Shown: positions 35,717-50,339 of the stretch, in pieces
Layout of the letters: the number at the start of each line of letters is the position of its first letter
Position numbering within the stretch: position 1 is the stretch's first letter
Source: Lytechinus pictus
Lineage: Eukaryota
Assembly: GCF_037042905.1 (NCBI RefSeq)
Contig: NC_087245.1
Span: 11,782,001 to 11,846,000, forward strand
Reading direction: 5' to 3'
DNA length: 64,000 bases
The notes under the pieces: model-generated
Seen by the model: only the letters and a program-made list of their open reading frames with translations
Databases searched by the model: none
Told to the model about the DNA's origin: nothing
Position numbers and translations under genes: made by a program

Positions 35717-38700
35717 TTAGTGCATACATCTTTTCGAAATACCGAGAGATTTGAATGATTCAATTTCTGTTCATATGTTCAGTAGAATGTATACTGTAGG
35801 CCTATATCATAGCCATGGATACTAATTGCATGATGTTTGTTTTTCTATAAAGTATCAACAAAACGTATTCAATTTACATTCTTGGTTGTCACCAACAATA
35901 AGAATCGTTCATATTGAAGCATTCATTGTACTCTTGTATGCATTTGTTTAGGTTTTATTAATACAGTAACATGTCTTTTATTCTTTTCAACAATAATACA
36001 TGCAATGATATAAAATAAAAGCTACACAATGTACTGGACAGGGCAAATTCTCAGGATCTGTATGTATTGTTCTTTTCTGTGTAGTGTTTGTTGGTGAAGG
36101 TTTGGCATTCTTTGACTTCACGCTCAAAATGTCCATAATAATAGGCCCTGTATGCTTCGCTGAACATGTTCTTTGCTTTTCTGTGTGTGTTAAAAGGAGT
36201 GCATAGGATACCATTACATGACATGTCTAGGGCGATGTGTGTATATATGGCCTTTATGTAGAGGTAGGCTAACATGCAAGTTGGTGGGCTCGATGACTGG
36301 GACATAGATTGCTTCCAGTGTTGATAGTGTGTTTCGATATGTCAAACAATACAACTTCTGCAGGCCGAAACCTTGATATTTTAATAATTCATTTAACTTT
36401 CAGGGCCCATGAGGTCTGAGGTACAAATCCTACTGCAGCACTCGCATCCTTTGGGCTTTGGCTAGTTTTCACTTTTCACCCTGGTACAGTAGGCCTACTA
36501 AGATGGACAAAATGTCTTGAGTGCCTAAATACAAATTGAGAAACAATATACAGTGCGTTAAGTATAAATGTTGCATTACTTGCTTATTCGTCAGAGTCAG
36601 ACTTACAAGAATTGATTCTGTTTTCATTGTAAGATTTTACAACTGACCTTGCATATACATGTATGTAGTAGGTCTGAAGACTAGATTACCCCCTTTAATT
36701 CCCTGTTCACTCGACTGCCAGGTGCATGTACATGTATACCAAGTATGGTAGACCTCGCTTTAACCAAGCAGTAACTCCTTGCTTGAACACCTGATCACCA
36801 TGCTTCAACTGCATGGTATCCTGTGTGGATGAAGGTGGGTTATATTTGTGTGTACATGTAATTCAGCTTATTTCCTCCTCCTTATATTAGTTTTAACTGC
36901 TTTAAAGTACAGGGTGTATACGTTTTATTATTGGTTATGAGGGCTTTTTACCTTGGAGGGGGGGGGGGTGGTGCATGTAGTTTTTTTTTTCTTGTTCCCT
37001 TGTATAATTGATGTAGGCCTATTTCATATGTTTCAAGTTGACAAATGGCATGATGATCTATTCACAGAAAATCAGAAAAGAATCAAGAATGTCTAATATT
37101 TATTCCTTATATTTTTAAGGATAGGTTTTCCCCATATCCCTTCAGAAAAAAAGTTTTGGACCAAGAACCTTCTGTATTTGGTAATATGTGTTAATTCTTC
37201 TTACAATACGTATTCTAGGACTATAGTATATGCCTACATATTATGCAAAATATAAAGCACTTGTATACATGTACATGTAACCTCTGCAAATTACTCGAGG
37301 TACTGATTGACTTTGCTGCCCTGGCTATACATGTAGGCCCACATGTAACTTTCAATCCTACAGTAGATGCACAGGCGTTGCAAGGAATTTCCTGTCAGGT
37401 ACCCATTCACTACACTCTAGTAAAGTGCAGTACAATGTGGAAAAAATATTACTTTGGTTCGAACACTCGGCCCTCTTAATATTGAAATAAAACATGAGTC
37501 AGGACCACCAGACAAGATGATTGAAATGGACAAAAATGTAATTGAATTGATGCTCATATGTACTGGAATATGAACAATCTACATGTAGGCCTACATCCTG
37601 AATTTGTTTTCCTTAATTCAGTTTGCCAGCTATTACAGCTATCGAATAATGTTCTAAATTTAAGTGGTGGTGAGTGACTAACCGCCCTTTCACATGGTAA
37701 AAAAAAACGTAATTTGAATGATTATTCCAATGAAAAATAAGGCTAATGACGAATATTTAGCACGTGTGAAACCAAACTATAACATGATTAAGAATCACGA
37801 ACGCTGATCATAGTCTCGATTACAATAGCATTCATCATTACAATGATGATTCAAGATTCACATGTGAAAAGGCCCCAAGTCTGATATCCTGTCAACTTTG
37901 GAATTTCTAATTACCCACTAAACACATAGTTACCTTTGTTACATAATACTTTAAACTAAAAAGAGAACTGGACTGATAACTATGTGTGTTATTTACCATG
38001 CTCTGATCTACAGCATAATAGCTCTATGGTGACTGGTCAATGTGGTACACACTTGCACGTACATGTACCTGTGTGTATATAAAGCACCAAGGCCTAAGAG
38101 TTTTCCTTCCTTCCTGTCAATATTTTGGTTATAAAGATATTCAATTTATCTTGACCGTCATACCATAAAAGAAATGAAATAGATGATCAATTCATTCAAC
38201 TGAACGTCTTGAAAGTCAGAGTAAAATGATAAAATCTTACTTATGGGGACAACGGGGGGAGGGGGATAAGTCATGTGTGATACAAGAATGTATAAGTCAG
38301 CAGAAGAGAATGATCAGAGTAATAAATTATACTATATAATGGCAATATCAATTAACTTGGTGTAATGAGTCAAAAATTAAGGGGGCCAGGCGTGGTATGT
38401 TGTATTAGGCCAAATTTTGAAAAGCTGCGGGCGAGCAAAAATTTTAAATTATTTTTGTTCTTAAATACAAAATTATGATTTGTGATATATTATAGCCATA
38501 GAGATGTATACTAATTACGTATCATCTCTATGATTATAGCACACTTAGATGAGAAAATGAGATCCTACTTGAAATATGTCCCTTTCCTTCCCCTCTTTTT
38601 TTTTTTTTTTTTGGTCATTGAACTGTTTGGGGCCATTTTTATGACCCACAATCCCCCATCCGTAGGCCAGTGCCTTGAATGTTTGCCTTGATTCACTATC

Positions 38701-38904
38701 TCTTCATACCAAGCAATCCCAATTGACCTATCAAACATTCCATCGTCACTCAGTCCCGTCTTATCACATTCCCATATGGATTGGGAGTATCCTCCCTACA
38801 TAAACCATTGTCTACCAGTCCCACGCTAAGGAATACATGCCCCCGCTGAATCCATACCCAAGGAGTTTCTATCTCGTAATCGTATCTCCATTTTTAGGCC
38901 TACT

Positions 38905-39007
38905 CAGGGGCGTCGATCCATTTTTCAGATTGGGGGGGCAAAATCATGACTCGTTCTAAAGGCGCTCGATCACACCAAACAAACTCACCCACACACACAC
39001 ACAGGCC

Positions 39008-39043
<36 letters not shown>

Positions 39044-39781
39044 TATATATATATGAGAAAGAGACTCGGACACATATCTCACCAACAAATTAATGCGAGC
39101 GCGAAGCGCGAGCTGAATTTTTTTAGAATGCTGACCTGAAAACAGGAATGGTACCTGTTTAGGACTGTTTGTACCAGTAACTCATGTGGAGGATACATAT
39201 CTCACTACACAGATAATGCGAGTACCGAGAGCGAGCTGAAATTTCTTTATATTCTGACCTGAAAGATTCATTTTTGGTACTATGATTAGGATGGGTATCT
39301 AAAATAACAATAGATGCGAGCGCGAAGCGCGAGCTGAAAATTTTGATATTTCGATCTGAAAAAAATGACAGGTTAATGGACGTTTTTAATAAAGAACAAG
39401 ATATATATTCAACAAAAGATTATTGCGAATCGGAGCGGGAGTTCTTTTTAGGTTTAGAACTGAGAACGTGACATTCTGTTCACCTAATTAATCATGAAAA
39501 GTATGGGCTTTGGTACATAAATGATGCGAGCGCGAAGCGCGAGCTGAAAATTTTTATATTCCTATCTGAAAAACTGACATTTTGAGCACGATTTAAATAA
39601 AGAACGAGTTGTGTACCTCAATCTCGCTTGCTGATTTCTGTGTAACACTGCAATCTTATTTTATTTTTGCACATGCATGCGGAATTATTGGGGGGGGGGC
39701 AAAACGATATGTTTGCCCCCCCCCAATATTTTCATTGGTGGGGCGATCGCCCCCCCTGCCCCCCCAGGATCGACGCCTCTG
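38905..39781. mobile_element. G/C-run hAT-like MITE, 8-bp TSD; 5' fragment also at ~51585-51690
   Basis: CAGGGGCGTCGATCC / GGATCGACGCCTCTG. GGCCTACT at 38897-38904 and 39782-39789. Internal ATGCGAGCGCGAAGCGCGAGCTGAA repeats and (TA)n. Confidence 0.88.
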
Positions 39782-39965
39782 GGCCTACTCGTTACCTTTC
39801 AATTAATATGATGATTCTATTAAAGGCAAAGTGGTCCTCCTGAACTGCATGATGTACCGTTCCCGAATTTTTTTTACCCAGAATGCGCATTTCGGGAAAA
39901 TTTTGACCGCTGAAATGGTACATCAATACCACAAATATTGTTACAAACATTTCCATGGTCTATAG

Positions 39966-40447
39966 ATGTTGGAATGTGTAGTAAAAAAATAAAAGAATTA
40001 AAAATAAAGAATACAGTGTAGACTCTATGGCAGGATGCCCACTGAACGATTTAATCCCCCAAGGACGGTTCCCCTTTAAAAGGTTTCTAAAGGGTTGAAG
40101 AGGATACTCCGGGTTGAAAATATTTATCTAGATATTGGTAACATGCACAGATCAAAATCTGATAACAAACAACGAAGTTGTCGAATTTGTGAAATCGGTT
40201 ATATTCACATCGTCATGTTGGAATGTGTAGTAAAAAAATAAAAGAATTAAAAATAAAGAATACAGTGTAGACTCTATGGCAGGATGCCCACTGAACGATT
40301 TAATCCCCCAAGGACGGTTCCCCTTTAAAAGGGTTGAAGGGGATACTCCGGGTTGAAAATATTTATCTAGATATTGGTAACATACACAGATCAAAATCTG
40401 ATAACAAACAACGAATTTGTGAAATCAGTTATCTTCACATCGTCATG
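39966..40447. repeat. Tandem duplication, ~2 x 240-250 bp
   Basis: ATGTTGGAATGTGTAGTAAAAAAATAAAAG... starts at 39966 and again at 40215. Confidence 0.9.
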
Positions 40448-40876
40448 AATATTCATTAGGTGGGCCTCTGGTGTCACATCCCCATTTTCCTTTTCTTATG
40501 TTATTACATGATAATTACATATTTCATTATCCCTTACAAGCCATGCGTGAATTATATTTCTCCCGTATAATGAAATAAGTTGCAGCAATGAATATCTAAT
40601 GCACTGAATTGGTTGTCAATCTATTTTTTTTAAAGTTCTTGGGGAAGAAATTTGAATGAACATACCAATACATACAAAAGAACAAGTCAGGATATGACGT
40701 CATCAGTTTGCTCGTTGAAGACGTGCCTAAAACGGTTTCACCGGAATAAAGCAAAACTTTATTAATGTCATAACTTTGTTATTCTTTGTCTGATTTTGAT
40801 CAAATTTTCAGTTTTTTGTGTGCTTGATTTTTCTTTATCTGTTCAAATCATAGTATTTTCAGCCTGGAGTACCCCT
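40338..40876. mobile_element. Kolobok-type palindromic MITE, family 1 (diverged)
   Basis: AGGGGATACTCCGGGTTG ... CAGCCTGGAGTACCCCT|TTAA. Confidence 0.7.
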
Positions 40877-40892
40877 TTAATTCAATTCGTCC

Positions 40893-41241
40893 AATTGCCA
40901 ACTCGTCTACTATCATTTGGTCTACCATCAGTTCGTCCACTATCCACATCGTCTAATTGCCAATTCGTCCACTCACCATTTTGCCTAATATCCAGTTGGT
41001 CCAATAGCCATTTAGTCCATATACCATTTGGTCTAATTGGACTCAGTGTTAATTGTGCAAAATGAATGAAAATGAAATGGATATTAGACTAACTGGTTAT
41101 GATAGGAATTGGTCATAGACGAAATGGTTATTAGACGAAGTGATGTTTGGACCAAATGGTTGGTAGACGAAATGTTTATGGACGGAATGGCATTAGACCA
41201 AATGAAAGTAGACCATGTGGTGAGTGGACGAATTGGCAATT
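40893..41241. mobile_element. Inverted-repeat element built of ~15-bp subrepeats
   Basis: AATTGCCAACTCGTCTACT / AGTGGACGAATTGGCAATT. (TT/TC)GTCYA units on the left arm, TAGAC(C/G)AA units on the right. Related fragment at ~27575-27660. Confidence 0.65.
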
Positions 41242-42419
41242 TATCATGTGAATTAATGCAGCGTTCATTATTCCCTATCATCGATTCACAATTGTTACAC
41301 GAGTGCACGTCTCATTTTACGTCGCATTCTTGATAAATTACCGCAACCACAACGTAAATGTGTCTATTATTCATTCTTCAAACTTTCCAAAACTGAAATA
41401 TTTCATTTTAATCTATCATTAATTGGTTTGGTGTCCTATCTCTCTGACAAAAGTCATGAGATATTCGGCGTGCCTGAACCAATTGCGGTTCGTAAATCAA
41501 ATTTCTGCTGCCCAGGAGTTCCTGTGAAGAAGAGACTCGATACCATTTAGGGAATCCTGACCTGTCTAAAATACCTCTTTGCCCCACCCCACACACTGAC
41601 AAAATAGCGTAGTTTTATATACATCATGGTTTAAACAGAAAGCTGAATCGGAAAATAATTGCACATTAATCTTTATATCACGCGCTTGTCTGATGTTTGA
41701 ATTCAATCATAAAAGCAGAGTTTGAGGTTGTGTATTCGAGGTTGCCTTCCGTGTAAATGAATAAACAGACAAATGAATGAATAAATAAAACATACCAATA
41801 ACTTAATAAAATAAAATAAATTATAATCAAATAAACAATTTCTTTCAGACAGTTTTTTTTTTCTTTTTGTTTATTCAAATTCACATAGGTTAAAAATTTA
41901 AAGACAGTGCAAGCAATTTATTATTGGGCTGCATAAAACATTGCCTTGACATCATTGAATGAAATGGAACTTGAGTAAAGGCATAGACATGACAAAGGCC
42001 TTGAGGTAATTATTGTCAGTGACTTGTGTGCATGGGGATTAGCTTTGAAGCTTGGAGGGTATCCATGCCAAAGTATGCGACTTGTGAACTTGGAACTTCC
42101 TTCTTCCTTGTATGTAAACTGTGTATGGGTGTAATACTAAATTACAAGCAAGTAGACCAATACCGTGCTGCTCGAAATGATTATATATATATATATATAC
42201 ATATATTCTCGCTGCACTTTCTTCTACACAATCACCCCATCAGCTGCAATTCACGATGTGGTTAAACTGGAGAAAATGGCGATTTTCATGCTTGGTCGCA
42301 TTTTTTACTGGGACGTCATAGACTTCCAACCTGGTTTCTAGCTATCCCCCTTCACAAGAAAGAAATAATAGTATGTACGTGTATTCCTGACTATTGGCAA
42401 TAATCTTTAGGGTGGTGGT

Positions 42420-42536
42420 CAGTGGCATATCCAGCTATACCCCCCCCCCCCCCTCTCGAGAAAAAAAAAAACATCTCTTTAAGGCTATTGAAAAGTGTGT
42501 ATAGATCGCACTCCTTGGCCCCTGGATCCATCACTG
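42420..42536. mobile_element. Small decayed G/C-run MITE
   Basis: CAGTGGCATATCCAG / CTGGATCCATCACTG; flanks GTGGTGGT / GCGGGGGT. Confidence 0.5.
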
Positions 42537-42567
42537 GCGGGGGTTGGGAGTTAAGCGGGTGTTTTAA

Positions 42568-43147
42568 AGGGATGATCCGGGCTGAAAATATATCTAAATA
42601 AATAGAGTAAATTTCACAAAGCAAAATGCTGAAAATGTCATCCAAATCGGATAACAAATAACGAAGATATATTAAATTTTAAAGTTTATCAATATTTTGT
42701 GAAAACAGTTATGCACATCGTCATGAATATTCATTAGTTTCCTTTCCTTTTTCTTATGTTATTACATTAAATCATAATTGCTTCATTTGTTCATACATGT
42801 GTCAACGATGTGTCTCCATTGTGATGAAATAAGCTGCAGCAATAAATAACTAATGCACTTAATCAGTTGTCAATCCAATTGTTTTAGTTCTTGGTAGAAA
42901 TTTTTTGAATAAACCTAATTTCATATACTAGTGATAAAATACAAAAGAACAAGTGGGGATATGACATCATCAACCCACCTAATGAATATTCATGAAGACA
43001 TACCTAACTGTTTCACCGGAATAATGCAAATATTTAAATTCAATAACTTTGTCATTTGTTATCCGATTTTGAACAAATTTTCAGCATTTTGCTCTGAATT
43101 TTACTCTATTTATGTAGATATAAATATCTCCAGCCTGGATCATCCCT
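42568..43147. mobile_element. Kolobok-type palindromic MITE, family 1
   Basis: TTAA|AGGGATGATCCGGGCTG ... CAGCCTGGATCATCCCT|TTAA, with long inverted arms. Confidence 0.88.
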
Positions 43148-43159
43148 TTAAGTAAAATA

Positions 43160-43335
43160 AGGAGGAGGAGAAGAAGAAGAATGAGAAGAAGAAGGAGGAG
43201 AAGAAGAAGGAGGGGGGAAAGAAGGAGAAGAAGATGAAGGAGGAGGAGGAAAAGAAGGAGAAGAAGAAGGGAGAGAAGAAGATGAAGGAGAAGGATAAGA
43301 TGAAGGAGGAGGGGGACAAGAGGAGAAGAGAGAAA
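43160..43335. repeat. (GAA/GAG)n low-complexity tract
   Basis: Direct inspection. Confidence 0.9.
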
Positions 43336-44798
43336 TGAAGACAAAATGAATCCGACAAAACCTCATGAAAGTAAAAGCTATGAAAATACAATGCAATTAT
43401 AGTCATCCCTCGTCATGATACTCGGTATAACCGACGTTGATTAGTTTTCATGACAAACACAGAATAAAAGAGGTCATTAAAACATGTTACTTTCTGTTAT
43501 TACTTTCATAGATCCATGGACGTACCTTTCCTTATAAAGGCACCGTGGCAAATGATTTTATGTTTCCCCCAATTAAATGAAATTGGAAAAACACATTTTG
43601 AAAAGAAATAGTATTCCTTCCATTGTTTATAATGACCAAGAAGAAAAAAATAATGATTGATGATACCATGAAGGAGGGTCATGACTGATAGACAAAAAAA
43701 AATTATAAATAAATATATATATATATATATGTATTAGTGATAATTGATAAATAAATGAAAGAATAAATACATGCAATATTATAAATACATACATATTCAT
43801 CAAATTCATGATTAATTAAACAGTAAGAAAATAAATAAAGTAACACATACGTGAATGAAATGGAATTGAGTTCTTGAAAATGAAATGACCAACAAAATTA
43901 TACCAGCTCGCTGTCTGAAAATTCAAATGAGGAAGAATCATCAATCTTTATCTACCCACGTATATGTAATTCAAGAAGAATAGGGTTGCAATCCTGACTT
44001 TGAGGAAGTGTTACTCGAAACATTTGACAGGCTTCCTGGTATTCTTAATATCCTATTCAGCTTCACAATCCTGGTATCATTAACCAGACAGAAAGCAACG
44101 CCCTAAATATTTTTTTCCTTCATTGTATACACTCGTTTGTTTGGGCGGTAAACCCCTCGGAAAGGCACTACAGGTCATGCAAACCCTATGCTAGCTCAAT
44201 CTAGGAGGATCCATGATATTTGGAAATGGATGCGTGATACAAAGAGCCACTGAGTTATAACTGTTGATATACATCAGAAAATTGTAGTTTATCCAGGGAT
44301 GCTTTCGAAAACTTGAGCGATGAAAAGAGACCTTGGATCAATACGAGTCGGAACATCGGAAGCACCCCTCCCCCAACTCCCGATAATGAAAATGAAAGAA
44401 AAGATAAAGAGTAAATAGAAAGATAACGTATCTGTATGATTTGATTTGGACATATTGAATAAACGTTTGCTATTTTTAGATGAAAATTTTCGCTCGTTTT
44501 GATAGCTTGCACATTTTCTAGAATAGTGCACATTGCACACAGTGTCCAATAAATCGACCCCTTAATGTTTGACTCATTTAGTCACTGAATACGACCCATT
44601 CCGCCAGAAAGTTTGGTCAGGTCACCCTTTTTTTCTTGTCCTAACAAAATGCGGGTATATTGTTAATTGTCCATCCATTCACATTACAAAAGAGAAATGG
44701 AGACACGGCCTTCATTATTTGGTTCGCTTTTCAATGAGACCTATATTACGTAACGTATAGACGATAGACATAAAACGTGAGTGCATTTAAGCGAATAT

Positions 44799-45171
44799 TC
44801 CCGACCTTTCGTTGGAGAACGCGAACGCTTATTTGCGACGGTAGTTGATTTTGGAAGAGACTTTTGGGCCTGTCGTCATGGTCGTAAAAGAGTGGATACC
44901 AGGCGCGACCACGCATAAAAAGGGAAAGAATGGGCAAGTACATTACGTATAGGCCTATGTAACGTTATAAGGGTGTCAAAAACGATGTTTGAAATACTGA
45001 AAAGGAGGATAAAAATTATGTTTTCAATACTTGTAGGGTTTCACAAGCTATACTTGTTAAGAGATGCATTTTTATAATCTGGAAAAGCCTTGCTTCCCTT
45101 GTTTAGGGTGCTTTTCGAAACCACACGGTCGTGCCTGGTATCCACTCATCAATGGAAGTGGTCCCCCCGGG
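44799..45171. mobile_element. CCCGGG-terminated non-autonomous element fragment; related copy at 50725-51238
   Basis: Ends CCTGGTATCCACTCATCAATGGAAGTGGTCCCCCCGGG, the inverse of CCCGGGGGCCCATTTCCATTAAAGAGTGGATACCAGG at 51000. Two blocks are shared at high identity. Confidence 0.65.
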
Positions 45172-48100
45172 AATTCGAATCTAATCCCCATTTCTGGGGA
45201 AAGTAAAACATAATGCCCATTACATTGTTTGCTAGGGGCATATCGTTTGTGTATATAGGAGTAAACAAAAGAAAAAAACCCGCAAATTCGGCTGGTACGT
45301 GTTCAGACGTATACATGCTGTGTACATAATCAACGCATGCGAAATGGTTTCGGCCGGAGAGGTGATTTGACCCATGGAATCAACTGCCAGAGATCCACCA
45401 ATATTCCACATTAAATGCAATATCGATTCGATGGACTGTAATGATCTATATCTAAGCCTTAATTCAGTAAGTTTTTCCTCACTCAATATGTACTCGATTT
45501 GTTTGAAAAACCACTTTCTTATCCATGTCATAATCTATTGTAGGTCCTGCATTTCGAATATCTCCAGCCATCAGTCGTAATGTCCTTACATGTATGGTGC
45601 GGGTGTCGCGGGAAAGAATTTTGCACACGAAAAGCAGATCTGTAGGGCCTGTAACCCCAATGTATTAAAAGCTTAGCATTGATTGTAGAGCAGTTTTCTA
45701 CGTTTGATTCTATTGACTATAATGTACAATCAATCTTAAAAATCAAGTGTATGATTTAGCGTTAAATTTTGTGTTAGGGGACCCTAATATTAGCGTCCGT
45801 GATGATTGCGAAAGGTGGCTATTAGGCTGGTAATGACGGAGTTAAGAGTAAAATTTTATGTTGCATTAAATGAAAATAATTAAGTTGTTGATGACAATGA
45901 TAAAAATAGAGCTACGACCTACACTAATATGAATAATGATGATGATAATGGTCATAATTATTGCATAATGATGATAGCAATCGTGATTATAGTAATAATA
46001 ATATCATATTTTATGATAATGATGACGTGGATTTCATTGTAACCAATTACTGCATGATGAAAACACAGTCGATTCGCTTAAAGGGAAAGTTAATGTAGGA
46101 AATATGGAAATAATCAGTTTGTGAAGTCTTTTCATGTTGTTTCTAAAGAATTATAATGCAAGGCCCATCTCAAGTTTCTTCACTATAGTTTTTTTTTATA
46201 GAATGAAAAGATGCAGGCTTGTAAGGCGGTCGTACATTACATTAATGTATGAATAAATCTAAATCTAAATGTTACATAAAAAATAGAAGTCTATACAGAA
46301 TTGGGTTAATCTCTCCTCATTTCGGGTGATTATACAGGCTACATTAATAAAACTGGCGTATACAGTTGGGGACTGTTGGCAGCCCCCAGCCCCAAAAGGG
46401 TTTTACCAAAAAAAAGGGGAAGGAAAACAGTGGAATGTAGTATTTAATACTGTGTCAAAATCTATCACAAAATTATATTTCCATTTAAAAGGCTAACATT
46501 TTCGCTCGCTATACCATTTTTGTGTAGAAATTTCCCACATGCTATGCCCCTCATTTTTTTTTGGCTCAGTCCACCACAGACTAATTAGGTTTTCCTGTTA
46601 TTATGAAGCCGAAAACTCAATCTCGAGACAAATACCTTTAGAAACAAAGTGAATATGCCTAATGATGTATATACTTTAATAAAAGAATTGTCAGTCTATC
46701 ACCACGAATCGCCAAATATTCACTTGATCCTCTACGGTCCCATATTATCCTGTTATCACAATTGCCCAATGAAAATAACATATTTATATAATCATAGTGT
46801 TACAGGCCTATGAGCTGTTTCTGTTTGCAAAATCAACAGAGGAGTTCCAAACACTTCCTTGTATTTAGATGTATTTGTGTGGTGATTTTTTTTTAAGTTG
46901 AAACCCATAAACAGGAGGTGATTATCAGATCAATTTTGTCGTATTTATAGTCCTATATTAGTATGATTGGGAGGGGGAGGGTGTCATGTAAGCCAACTGG
47001 TTTCACACTGTCAGCCCGTTGTTGTAAGGGGCACGGGTTGTTCCCTCACGTAATTATCAAACCCATTTTGTTTTCATATTGCAAACAAAACTCTATCAAA
47101 ATGTGCACAATATCTTCCAATAAATCTGGAAAAAAAAAGAAATATACCCTTGTTATGAGCTCCTCCATCTACTCTTATATTACCGACTAACATACTTATT
47201 CTCCCCATATCCACCCCCCCCCCCTCCACACACAAAAATCCTCTCTATGTTAAGGTCATGGGTCGGTCATAGCGGGGGGGGGGCTACCAAACTGTTAAAG
47301 AAAGAAAGAAAGAATATTAAATTGACTTAGCATTGGGTCGGTTGTATGCTAGGCCCGTTCTTTTTCTGATAGGCATTATATGACAGTACCAAATATCAAT
47401 TAACTTTTATCTGTCATCCCACGTAATTTTCTTTAAGGATATGCAACAACATTAATTGAACGCGGAAGAACAAAGTGGAATAATTGGGTAACACCGGTAA
47501 TAAGAGTTCTATTTTTCACGTAATGTATAATGTTGGTGAGCTAAACCAAGTAATCATTTCCTCCATCTGTTTCGTTGGTTACATTTCACTATAGGAAATC
47601 AACCTTTGCCTTTGTAATGGGTTTCATTTTATACGGAAAAGGATAAGGAAACAGATTGGAGAAATAAGGGACAGAACTCTGGTGAATTATCTTGTATACT
47701 TGAGTTCCATGCTTATAGTATGTAGGTCTATATATGCTGGTCAAACCCATGTACAACGCAATGAACTGTCTAACCAGTGAATATTGTTTATAATTGGCCT
47801 ATTTATTTCAATGTCATCATCTGTTCGGTTTTGGAGCATAATAATGGGAACTAATATGTTCACACCTGCATTATTATCTTCCCAAGGGCACACACATACA
47901 CAGCCTGTTCCAAAATATAATTAATTAATGCATAAATAGTAAAACGATGGCAATTCACCTATAAGAACATAGTAAATAATTGATATTAGCTACTAATTTT
48001 GTTTATTTGTATGCCTGTGTTTTTTTCTATCTAATTGATCTTTCTTTTATAATTGATTTTTCTTAATATAAACAATTCTAAACTGATATTAAAAAGTACG

Positions 48101-50339
48101 GTGATAAATCCATTGAAGTATATAGGACCTGACTTCGAACCCGAATATAATTTCATCGAATTTGAAAGAGTTTAATGGCCGTGGAATTCCAAAGCTTAAC
48201 ATTATTAATATGCACAATAAGAGACAATGATGACATATGCTCACTTTTTAAAAATTTTATTATCACATTACCATCTGATGTTTTTTTTAATTCAGTTAAA
48301 TATGCCTCCTTGATATCAGGGCAATAAAACAATTCGGTTAACCGATTTTCATGCAGTTATTTCAATTTTAATACCTTTCATGTATGGGTGGGCACATTAT
48401 TTTGTATCTAATTGGGACAGAAGGAAATAAGTGAGCTAAATCAGCTAATGATCATCAGCTCACAGCCTCGTTCACCCATTCTTGAAATAAATTCAACAGA
48501 TCAAAATCACTTCATGCTGTTTCATCCGGTTGTTCTAACAATTTTACCCACGTGTCTACTTGGTGTACTTGGCTCGATTTCAGGTTACTGTTTTTATGAA
48601 CGTGATAGGAATATATAATTCATTGAAAAGAGTTCATTATGGACATAGTGACCTTAATTAGATCAAGAGCAATGCATGAGACCACTGCCGATCGGTCTTA
48701 GGTTCCCCCCCCCCCCCACCCACCTGCTACTTTCTGGGGCCATAAAAAGGAAAATGAAATAGGAACATCCAAAAGAGAATTGTTAGAATAAAAGAGAGAT
48801 TATTTTCTCAAAACTTTTTTTTATTTATTCAGACAAATAAAATGAAATGTTACATTCTTGGATTGCCAATCAAGGTTTAGAAAAACCCATACAAGTATAG
48901 GCACCCCAGAATATAATACAAAATACATAATCAATGATATTAGATAAGAAATAACATATAGGTTAAAATGAAAACTATACAGCATGCAGGGAGACAACAA
49001 TTAATTCTTTAAAATACTAAAATTGCATAAAGGTATTTTCAAGTTTCTAATTGGAGATACTACAACAATTAAAGCTTGATTTATGTAGGCTATAGGACAA
49101 CTCCAAGTACCGTGAATGCCAGGAATTCAGTTTTTGTGATGATTGATAATGATAATGAATAGGCCTACATGTACTTCCTTGAATGTATCAAATATTGTAA
49201 TTTCCTTGTATCTATCTTGATCGTGTTTATCGTTGATACTAGCTCAAACTGACGAGTGTCATACTGTATAGTGAGTGCCCCGTGTAATTTCATAGCAAGC
49301 CTCCCCCACCATTATTAACCCTCGCTGAGTCGCTGATGATTGATAGAGTGATATATAATATATGTATATATATATATACTCATCAAAAATGAGATCCATT
49401 AAAAAAAATATGCATGCATGGTATCTCACATCATTAGCATAATTATAAACAATTTCTGTCGCCTATGAATCAATGAAAACAAGTCCTATGTCTGAAATAT
49501 AGGCTAGTTTAGACGTTGCATCGTGTTTAGTTAGATCTGGTAAACAATATTGAATACATACCAGCACGGTATTATATAGCGGAGGGTGAGGTCAAACGTA
49601 TAAATTACATTATACTAGCTGGTAAAGATGGAGGGAGATGGTCCCCGACCCCCCCCCCCCCACGTTCCATGCAACAAATCCTGTACGGGATACTTTACGG
49701 ATGGTTTATATATTTTCTAAGGATCCGTGAGTGAAAGGCTGTTTTAAGATCATTTTAGTAGTAAACATAAAAATATTGAATTTTATCATTATTTCATCGT
49801 TCTTGTTTTTACGTTTTGCGCTTTAGGGAGGGGGCATAATCAATAGCCAATATTTACATCCATTGGCTTTTTCGGTACACAAACACAAACGCATACAAAT
49901 GACCAGATTTGACTATACTGATGATTTTTTTTTTCATATTGAATATTGAATTCCCGATTATGGTCCATTACCGATATGAGAATAAATGATCCGTAATCCA
50001 GTGAACAATTTTAATTGATTCTATGCCGGAACCATAAAAAAACTAAAAATAAAGTGGAAACTCATAGAATATCACATTCCTATACCTTGCTTGCTATTTT
50101 GTACGAGTTATGAGAACTCCTATATCAGGTACATATTATACCGAAGTACTATTCTTGAGATGGGGAGGTAAACATCATATCAGTATCATGTCGAGTTATT
50201 AACTTTTTCAGTCGACATAGTGACACGATATTTATCACCAAGTCGACTTCTATATTTTTTTAATGTCATCATTAGGCTACAGAGACAAGTCGTAATGGCT
50301 ATATCGAATTACTCATAAATATATAGTTTTATGAATTCG

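Noticed and set aside
35987..36305. Short ORFs downstream of profilin
   Set aside because: No recognisable motif or consistent splice structure.
43890..45560. Coding-looking minus-strand stretches at ~43890-44100 and ~45230-45560
   Set aside because: Multiple stops and no recognisable domain; would need BLASTX to support a pseudogene call.
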